DNA of 64,000 bases from NCBI GenBank assembly GCA_963798145.1, contig CAWCSG010000023.1, positions 59,686-123,685 on the forward strand, given 5' to 3'. Source of the stretch: an uncultured Alphaproteobacteria bacterium. Lineage in GTDB: Bacteria > Pseudomonadota > Alphaproteobacteria > Geminicoccales > Geminicoccaceae. This document shows positions 50,317 to 60,439 of the stretch, one piece after another. The notes below the pieces were generated by a model that ran no database searches, was not told the origin of the DNA, and was given only the letters and a program-made list of their open reading frames with translations. A program made the position numbers and the translations under genes. Position 1 is the first letter of the stretch. Each line of letters starts with the position of its first letter.

Positions 50317-51105
50317 TCACTGGCTTGGCCGGGCATCGTCGAGGGCCCCGCCATCGGCTGAGGGCATGGTCATCAGCACGACCTGTGTTCGATTCGTTGC
50401 CCGCAGCTTTTTCATGATGTTTCTCACATGCACCTTGACGGTGGCCTCGCTGAGACCGCAGGCGTGCGCGATATTCTTGTTGGCCATGCCCTCTCTCAGG
50501 CACTCAAGGATCTGCTGCTGGCGCGGTGAAAACCCGCCAGTGGCCTCAGGCAGCGGTCTGGGACCGACTGCGATCGGCGGCTTGCCAACCTGGCTGAGCA
50601 GGCAGGCCACGGGTGCGTAGACGTCGCCAGCACAGATTAGCCGCACCGCCTCGACGACGACGGCCGCTTGCAGGCTGGTAGGTATGTAGCCGCGGACGCC
50701 GGATTGCAGCGCCGCCGTGACGACATCGGTGTCCTCCGCGTCGGCGAACACTGCCAACGGCACGGCGCCAAGTTGTCCAACCAGCTCGGACAATGACACA
50801 ATATTATCTGGGGAATCGGCTCTGGTAGGGCCAAGATGCTTGAGAACTAGAGCGGTACGATCATTTGACGTGGCGAACGCCACTGCCTCCTGATTGTCTC
50901 GCTCCAAACGCACCTGAAATCCAGGTAGGTGCATCGCCAGCCATCGCCCGATGCTCTCCCTGCTCAGCGCACGTGGATCGACGTAGATCACGATCGGCTG
51001 AGTCTGTTTCGGCCGCAGCCCATTTGCACGCAGCCCGGCCATAGAAAATGGTCGCGGGACGTAAGTACTCTGATCCATTTTCGCTAGTGCCATTATCCCA
51101 CCCAA
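50317..51105 (-). CDS. LuxR/NarL-type regulator with atypical receiver domain
   Basis: C-terminal FSPRQQQIL...GMANKNIA...SEATVKVHV; receiver-like N-terminus with LVLKHLG where the phosphoacceptor Asp is expected. Confidence 0.85.
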   Translation of the reverse strand: MGGIMALAKMDQSTYVPRPFSMAGLRANGLRPKQTQPIVIYVDPRALSRESIGRWLAMHLPGFQVRLERDNQEAVAFATSNDRTALVLKHLGPTRADSPDNIVSLSELVGQLGAVPLAVFADAEDTDVVTAALQSGVRGYIPTSLQAAVVVEAVRLICAGDVYAPVACLLSQVGKPPIAVGPRPLPEATGGFSPRQQQILECLREGMANKNIAHACGLSEATVKVHVRNIMKKLRATNRTQVVLMTMPSADGGALDDARPSQ

Positions 51106-51722
51106 CGGTTGCGTTTCTGCCTACTGCTAAAACCAAAACTTATTAAGCCTTTAGTTTCGTTAGTGGTTCTAACATTAGAGCGTTCAACTTGGCCCCTCAT
51201 GTACTATTCTTAACCCCCTAGCGTAGAGTAGGGTTATTTTTACAATTATTAGTTGCGCGACGCGTCTCTGGTAAGGGTTCGGATTCACGGTGGCAACCTA
51301 CTCAACCTTGAGGCACCGTCAAGTATCTTATGCGTTGCCCTCGTGGATTAGTCGTCTTTATCAGTAGTACTGGATTTGAGTGAGCGGGGAAAGCGACATT
51401 ACCTATCGCGCTTTCAACTTGACCGCGCTGATGCGATGCGACCGCCTATGAATGACAATCTCGGCGGCGGCCGGCCCGGACTGCACGCCCTGGCCGGGCC
51501 AGCGTTGCGAGCGGAGCCGAGGCGAGGCGTCATCGCGATGGTCGCTGTTGAGGGTAGCGCCATGACCGGTCGAAATGCCTGCATGCTGGCTGCGGCAGAT
51601 CCCTACGGCCAATGGCTAGGTTCGTGCTCTTCACCTTATTGAGGCCCTGCAAACAGTCATCAAGTCGCTTAGGACGAAGGTCAATGTACGTGTGAACGCC
51701 GAACAGCGCGAGGCCCATCGGA

Positions 51723-52220
51723 ATGCCCATTGCCGCAAACGTGCTGTTGGGGAGCGGGGTGTCCATTCCCCACCCCGACTTGGTAAACATCTACGGGTGT
51801 GAGATCGGCGACGAGACCTCGATCGGTCCGTTCGTCGAGATCCAAGCGGGGTGCGTGGTCGGCAGCCGCTGCAAGATCTCGTCGCACAGCTTCCTGTGTG
51901 CAGGTGTCGTCCTGATGGACGAAGTCATGATCGCGCATGGCGTGATGTTCACCAATGACCGCTATCCGCGTGCAGTCCGATCGGATGGGCAGCCGATGGT
52001 TGCCGGTGACTGGCGTCTTGAGCCAACGTTGGTAGGCCAGGGGGCTTCCCTGGGAAGCAACGCGACCATCGTCGCCGGTGTCACGATCGGCGCCGGGGCG
52101 CTGGTGGCGGCCGGCGCGGTGGTGACCCGGGATGTCCCCGCTCACGGCCTCGTCGCTGGTGTCCCGGCGCGGATCATCGGCGATGCGCGCGAGCGGTTGA
52201 CCGCCGAGGTGCTCGGATGA
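51723..52220 (+). CDS. Hexapeptide-repeat N-acetyltransferase (WbpD/WlbB-like)
   Basis: IGPFVEIQ, CKISSHSFLC, FTNDRYPRA, GSNATI, GVPAR. Confidence 0.88.
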   Translation: MPIAANVLLGSGVSIPHPDLVNIYGCEIGDETSIGPFVEIQAGCVVGSRCKISSHSFLCAGVVLMDEVMIAHGVMFTNDRYPRAVRSDGQPMVAGDWRLEPTLVGQGASLGSNATIVAGVTIGAGALVAAGAVVTRDVPAHGLVAGVPARIIGDARERLTAEVLG

Positions 52221-53245
52221 TCGCCGCCGGACTGATCGGCTACGGCTACTGGGGCCCCAACCTCGCCCGCTGCCTGGCTGACAATGAGGGCTGCGTTCTC
52301 GCCGCCGTGCATGATCTCGACCAGGAAGCCTGCGAGCGCGCCGCGCGTCGGTTCCCTGGGATCCAGGTCTACGGCGACGCCCGCGACCTGATCGGGGACC
52401 CATCGATCGGCGCTGTGGTGATCGCAACACCGGTTCAAACGCATTATCCGCTAGCGATGGCGGCGTTACGGGCAGGCAAGCACGTGATGGTCGAGAAGCC
52501 GCTCGCAGCCTCCGTAGCCGAGGCTTCGAGCCTGGTGGCGGAAGCCGAGCGGCGCCAACAGGTGCTGATGGTTGATCATACCTTCGTCTATACGCCCGCT
52601 GTCCGAAAGATCCGCGAGCTGGTCACCAGCGGACAGATTGGGGAGATTCACTATTATGATTCGCTTCGGGTGAATCTCGGTCTGTTCCAAACGGACGTGA
52701 ACGTCGTATGGGACCTTGCCGTGCACGACCTCGCAATTTTGGCGTACCTCCTGGGCGAGCCACCGACCAGCGTCGCCGCTCAGGCGGCCAGACATCTGCC
52801 TGGTCGGCCCGAGAGCATGGCGTTCGTCACGCTCTCCTATGCGAGCGGCGCTGTCGCGCACATCAACGTAAACTGGCTGGCACCGGTCAAGGTGCGCCAA
52901 ACTCTGATCGGTGGCAGCCGCCAGATGATCGTCTACAACGATCTGGAGCCCAGCGAGAAGGTCAAGGTCTACGACAAGGGCGTCCATCTCGTCGCCGGCC
53001 GAGAGCGACGTGACGAGCTGCGCGTAGGCTATCGCATGGGTGACATGTGGTCACCGCAACTGTCCGGCACCGAGGCGCTCAAGACCAGTGTCGCACATTT
53101 CATCGAGTGCATCGAGACCGGCGCAACTCCGATTACCGATGGCCGGGTCGGGTTGGGGATCGTCGAGCTTCTGGAGTCCGCCACGCGCTCGATCCGGCAG
53201 GGCGGGCGGCCGGTCGATCTCGTCCCGGAGCGGCTTGCCTCATGA
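52217..53245 (+). CDS. Gfo/Idh/MocA oxidoreductase (WbpB/WlbA-like)
   Basis: GYGYWGPN, VEKP, DHTFVY, WDLAVHD. Confidence 0.88.
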   Translation: MIAAGLIGYGYWGPNLARCLADNEGCVLAAVHDLDQEACERAARRFPGIQVYGDARDLIGDPSIGAVVIATPVQTHYPLAMAALRAGKHVMVEKPLAASVAEASSLVAEAERRQQVLMVDHTFVYTPAVRKIRELVTSGQIGEIHYYDSLRVNLGLFQTDVNVVWDLAVHDLAILAYLLGEPPTSVAAQAARHLPGRPESMAFVTLSYASGAVAHINVNWLAPVKVRQTLIGGSRQMIVYNDLEPSEKVKVYDKGVHLVAGRERRDELRVGYRMGDMWSPQLSGTEALKTSVAHFIECIETGATPITDGRVGLGIVELLESATRSIRQGGRPVDLVPERLAS

Positions 53246-54351
53246 TTCCTCTGGTCGATCTCAAGGCTCAGAACCGGTCCTTGGCGCCCGAATTGGAGGC
53301 GGCGTTCAAACGTGTCCTGCACAGCGGGCAGTTCGTGCTGGGCGAGGAAGTTACGGCGTTCGAGATGAGCTTTGCCGCCTATTGCGGCACGCGCTACGCG
53401 GTTGCAGTCAATTCTGGCACGTCGGCCATTCACCTCGCGCTGCTCGCGGCCGGCATTGAGCCCGGTGACGAAGTCATCACGACACCGATGACCTTCGTCG
53501 CGACCGTGGCGGCCGTGCTCTATGCCGGCGCGAGGCCGGTGCTGGTGGACATCGAACCGACATCACGGACCCTGGATCCCGCAGCGATCGAGGGCGTGAT
53601 CGGCCCACGGACCAAGGCGATCATGCCGGTGCATCTGCATGGTGGCATGGCCGACATGCGAGCGATCAGCGAGATCGCCGACGCCAACGGGCTCCGGGTG
53701 ATCGAGGATGCCGCGCAGGCACATGGCGCGGAGCAGAGCGGGCGGCGCGCTGGCAGCATCGGCGACCTCGGCTGCTTCAGCTTCTATCCCGGCAAGAACT
53801 TGGGTGCGTGCGGCGAGGGTGGTGCGGTCGTCACCGACGATCCGGGCCTCGCCGAGGTGCTGCGCACGCTGCGGGATTGGGGGCAGCGCGGCAAATACAA
53901 TCATGTGTTGAAGGGCTTCAACTATCGCATGGAGACGCTTCAAGCCGCCCTGCTGGCGGTGAAGCTGCCCCATCTGGAGGGCTGGACCGAGGCGCGCCGT
54001 CGGCACGCCGGTCGGTACACCGAGCTGCTGACTGATGCCGGCATCCGGCTGCCGAGCCAGGCGCCGGACACGCGGCATGTGTACCATGCCTATGCCGTGG
54101 AGCTCGCCGATCGCGACGCCACGCAGGAGCGACTGGCCCGGTCGGGGATCGCGACCGGGATTCACTACCCGGTGCCGGTGCACCTGCAGCCGGCCTATGC
54201 CGACCTCGGCTATCGGCGTGGCGACTTCCCGGTTGCGGAGCGGTTCGCTCGATCAACGCTGTCCCTGCCGCTCTATCCCGAGCTGCGGCCAGACCAGATC
54301 GAGTTCGTCGCCGGGCAACTCTGCCTCGAACCGGTGGCACAAAGTGTCTGA
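53242..54351 (+). CDS. DegT/DnrJ/EryC1/StrS aminotransferase (WbpE-like)
   Basis: IPLVDL, NSGTSA, EDAAQAHG, SFYPGKNLG (PLP Lys). Confidence 0.93.
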   Translation: MIPLVDLKAQNRSLAPELEAAFKRVLHSGQFVLGEEVTAFEMSFAAYCGTRYAVAVNSGTSAIHLALLAAGIEPGDEVITTPMTFVATVAAVLYAGARPVLVDIEPTSRTLDPAAIEGVIGPRTKAIMPVHLHGGMADMRAISEIADANGLRVIEDAAQAHGAEQSGRRAGSIGDLGCFSFYPGKNLGACGEGGAVVTDDPGLAEVLRTLRDWGQRGKYNHVLKGFNYRMETLQAALLAVKLPHLEGWTEARRRHAGRYTELLTDAGIRLPSQAPDTRHVYHAYAVELADRDATQERLARSGIATGIHYPVPVHLQPAYADLGYRRGDFPVAERFARSTLSLPLYPELRPDQIEFVAGQLCLEPVAQSV

Positions 54352-55405
54352 GCGCCTGGGTACTTTCATCAGTGAGGGATTGCGTCCGGGCTTCGCGCCA
54401 CAACGCATGGTAAGGCTGATGGCCGACGCGCTTGCGCGCCTGAAGCTAGATCTGCGCGGCTTGGCGGTGCTGACCGAAGCCGCGAGCGATGCCTACGCGT
54501 GCACGGCGGTGCTCGCCGCCATGGCCGGAGCGCGTTGGGTTTACGCGTATGCCCGGGACACCAGATATGGCAGTTGCGGTGATCTCGCCAGACAAACCGT
54601 GGCGTTGGCGCGCGCAGCCGGTGTCGTGGACCGGGTGGAGATCGTGACCAGCTCCCCGCACGGCGTGGCGTTCGAGGCCCAGATCGTCACCAATAGTGGC
54701 GCACTGCGGCCGATCGAAGCGGAGGTGATCGGGCGACTTCCTCCAGATGCGGTCATTGCTCTCATGCATGAGGCTTGGCAGTTCCGGCCCGGCGATCTCG
54801 ATCTCGCAGCATGCTTGGCGCGGCAGCTTCCGGTGGTCGCCGTGAACCAGCGTCATGCCGACGTTGATTTGTTCGCCTATGTTGGCGACCTTGCCGCCCG
54901 TCAGCTCCACGACGCAGGTTTCGCGATCCGAGGCTGCAGAATTGGAGTGATCTGCGACAACGCATTCTGCCTCGATATTTGTCGAACGCTGGAGAGGTTG
55001 GACGGGAGCGTTTGGCACGCCGATTCGCCGGAAGCGCTCCCGGCCGAGCGGTTCGACGCCATCCTCGTCGCAATGAACCCTCATGATCGTCCGGCAATTG
55101 ACTCCGAGGGTATCCGGCGGCTTGTCGACCGCCAGGGCCCGGTGCCGATCGTTCAATTCTGGGGCGATGTCGATCGCCCCATGCTGGCACGGCTGGGTGC
55201 GCGGATCTGGCCGCCGGAAGCGCCCGCGCCGCGTCACATGGGCATACTGTTTCCGGCGCTTGGCCCGGAAGCGCTGATCCGCCGACAGGCCGGTGGCCTG
55301 CGCGCCGCCGAGTTGGTCTATCGGGGCGGGGCCCCGGCCGCCATGCCCGGCGGCCTAGCCGAATTGGTGCGCCCAACTGTGTTCGAGTTCGGAGGCCGGG
55401 CATGA
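54344..55405 (+). CDS. Uncharacterised protein in the amino-sugar operon
   Basis: GTG start overlapping the aminotransferase stop; LTEAAS, IVTNSGALRPI, DLDLAAC...VVAVN; stop overlaps the next ATG. Confidence 0.75.
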   Translation: MSERLGTFISEGLRPGFAPQRMVRLMADALARLKLDLRGLAVLTEAASDAYACTAVLAAMAGARWVYAYARDTRYGSCGDLARQTVALARAAGVVDRVEIVTSSPHGVAFEAQIVTNSGALRPIEAEVIGRLPPDAVIALMHEAWQFRPGDLDLAACLARQLPVVAVNQRHADVDLFAYVGDLAARQLHDAGFAIRGCRIGVICDNAFCLDICRTLERLDGSVWHADSPEALPAERFDAILVAMNPHDRPAIDSEGIRRLVDRQGPVPIVQFWGDVDRPMLARLGARIWPPEAPAPRHMGILFPALGPEALIRRQAGGLRAAELVYRGGAPAAMPGGLAELVRPTVFEFGGRA

Positions 55406-56130
55406 CAGGCACCATCATGCCAAAGCTTGACGGTTCGGAAACGCCGGCGATGAAGCCGCGGCTGGTGCGCGCGATGCATGGCCGAAGAAGCATTGAGCCG
55501 GATCCGGCGTTTGAGCTCGACTTGACGGAAGAGCTGCGGCGGCGGTATGGCGCGGCGGCTCTTCAGGAATTGTATCAACAGCATTCGAGCGGCCGCGGCT
55601 TCATCGACACGCTGCTGCGTCGTGCCGCACTGCGGGCGTTGGTTCGCGAGCTTGGGCCTGGTCTCTCACTGGCGACGCATGTCGGCTTTCGGCATCCCGA
55701 AACGTTTTCGATCGGATCCGGTGTCTTCATCGGCGAACAGGCTGTGCTGCAAGGGCGTTTCGATGGCTCTTGCACTATCGAAACGGGCGCGTGGATCGGC
55801 CCGCAAGCGTTTATCGACGCTCGTGACTTGGTGATCGGCAGTCACGTCGGGATTGGCCCCGGGGTAAAGATCCTGGGCTCCGAGCACAGCGGACACCCCG
55901 TAGATCTTCCCATCATTCGTACAGACCTCGTGATCAAGCCCGTACGCATCGACGAATGGGCCGATGTCGGGACGAATGCGACGATCCTTCCCGGCGTCAC
56001 CCTGGGCAAGGGCTGCATAGTCGGTGCTGGCGCGGTGGTCACGCGCGACGTGCCACCGTTTGCCAAGGTTGCAGGCGTACCGGCCAAGCTGATCGGCTGG
56101 CGCCGACCCTCATCAGAGCGGCCCGAATGA
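55402..56130 (+). CDS. Hexapeptide-repeat acyltransferase with N-terminal extension
   Basis: IGSGVFIG, IGPGVKIL, GTNATILPGVTLG, AGVPAK. Confidence 0.88.
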   Translation: MTGTIMPKLDGSETPAMKPRLVRAMHGRRSIEPDPAFELDLTEELRRRYGAAALQELYQQHSSGRGFIDTLLRRAALRALVRELGPGLSLATHVGFRHPETFSIGSGVFIGEQAVLQGRFDGSCTIETGAWIGPQAFIDARDLVIGSHVGIGPGVKILGSEHSGHPVDLPIIRTDLVIKPVRIDEWADVGTNATILPGVTLGKGCIVGAGAVVTRDVPPFAKVAGVPAKLIGWRRPSSERPE

Positions 56131-56203
56131 CTACCGCGATGGGCGGGTTCGCGACAATGCCGGTGCCGCGATTTCCGCCCACACAATTGCTGGAGTTCTG
56201 TGA

Positions 56204-57202
56204 ATGACGGTGGAAGTTCAGCTGTCAGGAAGTCGGGCGTTGGTCACTGGTGGTGCTGGCTTCGTCGGCTCGCATATCGTTGAGCTGCTGTTGGCTTCAG
56301 GCTGCGCACGAGTGATTGTTGTCGACAATATGATACGCGGTCGTGAGGCGAACCTCGCCGAGACACTGCAGTCCGGCCGGGTCGATCTCGTCATCGGCGA
56401 CGTGAGGGATCGACAGCTGATGGAGCGTCTCATCTCCGGCTGCGATCTGGTGTTTCACCAAGCGGCATTGCGCATCACGCATTGCGCTGCGGAGCCCAGG
56501 CTCGCCCTCGAGGTCATGGTCGACGCGACTTTCGATCTGATCGATCTATGCGTGCGCCATCGGGTGACCAAGCTGGTCGCCGCGTCTTCCGCCTCGATCT
56601 ATGGGCTGGCCGAGAACTTCCCGACCGACGAGGCGCATCACCCTTACGACAATCGGACCCTCTACGGGGCGGCAAAGCTCTTCAACGAGAGCCTGCTGCG
56701 CTCGTTCCATGACACGAGCGGCCTCGACTACGTCGCGTTACGTTACTTCAACGTCTACGGCCCGCGGATGGATATCTACGGGAAGTATACGGAAGTCCTG
56801 ATCCGCTGGATGGAGCGTCTCGAAGCCGGCCAGGCTCCATTGATCTTTGGCAGCGGCCTGCAAACCATGGATTTCGTACATGTCCGTGACGTCGCCCGCG
56901 CCAATCTGCTGGCCGCCAACTCTGCCGTCACTGATCGGGTCTTCAATATCGGCACCGGGGTCGAGAGCAGCCTGCTGGATCTGGCCCGTGAGCTGTCCGC
57001 CGTGTTCGGTCGGCCGGACCTGACGCCCGAGTTCCACCCGGAGCGGGCGATCAACCCCGTGGCCCGGCGGTTGGCTGCCACCGCTGGCGCGTCGGCCGAG
57101 CTGAGCTTCGACGCCAAGATCTCCTTGCGCGATGGACTCGCCGAGCTGGTCCAATGGTGGCGCGCCGAGCGAACCGGACTGCCTGCGGCAATGGCGTCAT
57201 GA
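56204..57202 (+). CDS. NAD-dependent NDP-sugar epimerase/dehydratase
   Basis: TGGAGFVG, ASSASIYG, YGAAK, RYFNVYGP, DFVHV. Confidence 0.92.
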   Translation: MTVEVQLSGSRALVTGGAGFVGSHIVELLLASGCARVIVVDNMIRGREANLAETLQSGRVDLVIGDVRDRQLMERLISGCDLVFHQAALRITHCAAEPRLALEVMVDATFDLIDLCVRHRVTKLVAASSASIYGLAENFPTDEAHHPYDNRTLYGAAKLFNESLLRSFHDTSGLDYVALRYFNVYGPRMDIYGKYTEVLIRWMERLEAGQAPLIFGSGLQTMDFVHVRDVARANLLAANSAVTDRVFNIGTGVESSLLDLARELSAVFGRPDLTPEFHPERAINPVARRLAATAGASAELSFDAKISLRDGLAELVQWWRAERTGLPAAMAS

Positions 57203-58386
57203 TCCCCATTTCACGGCCAGTGCTGGGCGAGCCCGAAGCCGCAGCGGCCCGTCGCGCCGTGCTCTCGGGCTGGGTCACGCAGGGCCCCGAGGTGGCGGCG
57301 TTCGAGCATGAATTCGCCGCTTTCGTCGGTACTCCCCATGCGTGCGCGGTGAGCAACTGTACGACGGCGCTGCATTTGGCGCTCCAGGGAGTCGGCGTTG
57401 GCCCAGGTGACGAGGTGGTCACCGCCAGCCATTCGTTCATTGCCACCGCCAATGCCATCCGTCATTGCGGCGCGCGGCCTGTGTTCGTTGACATCCGGCC
57501 GGACACCTACAATCTGGATCCCGAGGAGGTTGTAGCCGCAATCGGACCGCGCACCCGTGCGATCCTGTGCGTGCATCAGATGGGCATGCCATGCGATCTG
57601 GCGCCCATTTTGGCGATCGCGCGCGACCGTGGCCTCCCGGTGGTCGAGGACGCCGCGTGCGCCATCGGTAGCGAGCTCGCGTCCGGCGATAGGTGGCAGC
57701 GGGTCGGCCGCCCGCACGGCGACGTCGCCTGCTTCTCCTTCCACCCGCGCAAGGTCGTCACCACAGGCGATGGCGGCATGCTGACGACGCGCGACTCGCA
57801 GCTCGACCGGCGGTTCCGGCTGCTGCGGCAGCACGGCATGTCGATTCCGGACACCGTGCGGCACGGGTCGCCACAGGTCCTGGTCGAGAATTATGGGAGC
57901 GTCGGCTATAATTATCGTCTGACCGACGTGCAGGCCGCCATCGGCCGCGCACAGCTGGCGCGCTTGCCGGATCTGATCGCGGAGCGTCGTCGACTCGCGG
58001 CGCGTTATCGCGACCTCTTGGTTGAGCTTCCCGATGTCGGGCTACCGCATGAGCCGGAGGGGGTGCGGTCGAACTGGCAGAGCTACTGCATCCGACTGCC
58101 CGATCACGTCGACCAGCGCCAGGCGATGCAGGTCATGCTCGATCATGGTGTCGCCACGCGACGCGGCATCATGTGCTGCCACCGTGAGCCCGCCTACCGG
58201 GACCTGCCTCTACCGCGTTCACTCGGCAATTCGGAAGCCGCGCAGGACCGCTGTATCCTGCTGCCGCTGTTTCCCGGGCTCGGCGATGAAGGTCAGTCGC
58301 AGGTGCTCGAGGTGCTGAGGCTCGCGTGCCGACCGCTCGGGCATCCGGCGCAGAACGTAAGCCGACGCCTCGTTCACGTCGGATAG
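57199..58386 (+). CDS. Second DegT/DnrJ/EryC1/StrS aminotransferase
   Basis: WVTQGP, SNCTTALH, EDAACAIG, SFHPRK, YNYRLTD. Confidence 0.93.
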   Translation: MIPISRPVLGEPEAAAARRAVLSGWVTQGPEVAAFEHEFAAFVGTPHACAVSNCTTALHLALQGVGVGPGDEVVTASHSFIATANAIRHCGARPVFVDIRPDTYNLDPEEVVAAIGPRTRAILCVHQMGMPCDLAPILAIARDRGLPVVEDAACAIGSELASGDRWQRVGRPHGDVACFSFHPRKVVTTGDGGMLTTRDSQLDRRFRLLRQHGMSIPDTVRHGSPQVLVENYGSVGYNYRLTDVQAAIGRAQLARLPDLIAERRRLAARYRDLLVELPDVGLPHEPEGVRSNWQSYCIRLPDHVDQRQAMQVMLDHGVATRRGIMCCHREPAYRDLPLPRSLGNSEAAQDRCILLPLFPGLGDEGQSQVLEVLRLACRPLGHPAQNVSRRLVHVG

Positions 58387-58530
58387 AAACAGATGGCGGG
58401 GCGGAAATCGCTGGGTCGATCCGAGGGGCAGCGCTGCCGGTCTTCGCAGCGGCATTCGAAGTATTATGGCTCGGCGCTTGGTTCTGCCGAGCGCTTACGC
58501 GGCACGTAGCGATGGGATGGTGGTGGCGTC

Positions 58531-59493
58531 ATGAGAACCTATAGCTCGAGACGGATCATGGTTACCGGCGGGGCGGGCTTCCTCGGCAGTCATCTATGTG
58601 AACGTCTCGTCGCCCGCGGCGACGAGGTGCTGTGCGTGGACAACCTGTTCACCGGCACCCGTGGCAACATCGCGCGCCTGCTCGAGAAGCCGGGCTTCGA
58701 GTTCATGCGCCACGACATCACCTTCCCGTTGTACGTCGAGGTTGACGAGATCTACAACCTCGCCTGCCCCGCCTCGCCAATTCACTACCAGCACGATCCG
58801 GTCCAGACGACCAAGACCTCAGTCATCGGCGCGATCAACATGTTGGGGTTGGCGAAGCGGGTGAAGGCCAAGATCCTGCAGGCCAGTACCAGCGAGGTGT
58901 ATGGCGATCCGAAAGTGCACCCGCAGACGGAAGACTATTGGGGGAACGTTAACCCGCTCGGCCGCCGCGCCTGCTATGACGAAGGCAAGCGGTGTGCGGA
59001 AACCCTGTTCTTCGACTACCATCGGCAGCACGGTATCCGGATCAAGGTTGCCCGCATTTTCAACACATACGGGCCGCGGATGCATCCCGAGGACGGCCGC
59101 GTCGTCTCGAACTTCATCGTCCAGGCGCTCGGCAGCCGCGACGTCACGGTCTATGGCGATGGCAGCCAGACGCGGTCCTTCTGCTACGTCGACGAGCTGG
59201 TCGACGGCCTGATTCGCCTGATGGATTCCGCTACGGAGCTGACGGGGCCGATCAATCTGGGTAACCCGGCGGAATTCACGATCGCCGATCTCGCCCAGAA
59301 GATCATCAACTTCACCAACTCGCGCTCGCGCCTGGTGTTCCGGCCGCTGCCCGAGAACGACCCGATCCAGCGCCGCCCCGATATCACGCTCGCCAGGGAA
59401 TGGCTCCAATGGGAGCCCCGTGTCTCGCTGGAGGAAGGTCTCGCGCGAACGGTGTCCTACTTCGACCAGCTGGTCGGCGCGCGGGCTGCCTGA
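58531..59493 (+). CDS. UDP-glucuronate decarboxylase (UDP-xylose synthase)
   Basis: [42 protein letters not shown]. Confidence 0.95.
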   Translation: MRTYSSRRIMVTGGAGFLGSHLCERLVARGDEVLCVDNLFTGTRGNIARLLEKPGFEFMRHDITFPLYVEVDEIYNLACPASPIHYQHDPVQTTKTSVIGAINMLGLAKRVKAKILQASTSEVYGDPKVHPQTEDYWGNVNPLGRRACYDEGKRCAETLFFDYHRQHGIRIKVARIFNTYGPRMHPEDGRVVSNFIVQALGSRDVTVYGDGSQTRSFCYVDELVDGLIRLMDSATELTGPINLGNPAEFTIADLAQKIINFTNSRSRLVFRPLPENDPIQRRPDITLAREWLQWEPRVSLEEGLARTVSYFDQLVGARAA

Positions 59494-60439
59494 GCGCAGC
59501 AACGACGTCGACGGGGCACGCTCGCCGCGCTGAGCCGTTGGTTTGGCCCGGGAAACGGCCGATAGCCCTGCAGACGACCCCGCTGGTCTCCGCCGCTCGC
59601 TGCCTGCGGGAACCACTTGGCCTGCCCGATCAATCTCAGTGCGGGCACGATCTACCCTCCGATTTCCACCTGGAAGCGAGTGTTTCCACCGACCGCCTGT
59701 CGAAGCGGTGGCTCCACCTGTCGGTACCGGAAACGGTGTGATGGGATTGAGAAAGGTTGTGGCGCCCTATCCACTGGCGCTGCTCGTCAAGAGCTCGCGG
59801 TAACGGCTGCGCCGATCGCGGGGCCGGACGGGTGGCATCGGCACATCTAGACCGGCTGCCCGACAACAATCAACCGGATGCCGGGTGCCTGCTGGGCCGA
59901 TTTGCCGGACCCCGCCCGCGCCCATGGCGACCGAATGGGGCGTGGTGAAACCTCCATGGAGGTCGTACCCACCGGCAACATCCTGATTCCAACGCCGAAG
60001 CGCAGCGTATTTAGACGCAGGCCCCAATTCCGGGTCGAACGAGTTTTACGACGGAAGAATTAGGCCGCTTCCACGTCTTTAGTATGATGGCTGATTATGG
60101 AATCCGCCGAAAGTGGTAGGGAGAGTAGATGGTGGCTTGAACATCGCAGGATCTGCCAGAGACTGCTTCACTTGGGCGCGGGACCGTCCCCCACCTGTCA
60201 ACCACGCTGATCGTCAGGCGGTCAGTTGGCCGTACTGCCGTAGGACGGCAACGGTTACATACGCTGCCTCCAGACGAGACAGCAACAACCCTCAGCAGAA
60301 GAACCGCCCAACGCGAGCTGCACCGACAGCCGCAGACTCATCGCTTGACACGACCCAACCCCAATGCTACCTCGACGTTAGTTAATCAACTATAAGATCG
60401 CCGGATCGCCTGGCACGATCGGCAAATGGAGTGCTCAGC

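Noticed and set aside
51376-51642. 88-aa ORF upstream of the acetyltransferase
   Set aside because: No recognisable motif and no clear RBS; more likely part of the regulatory leader.
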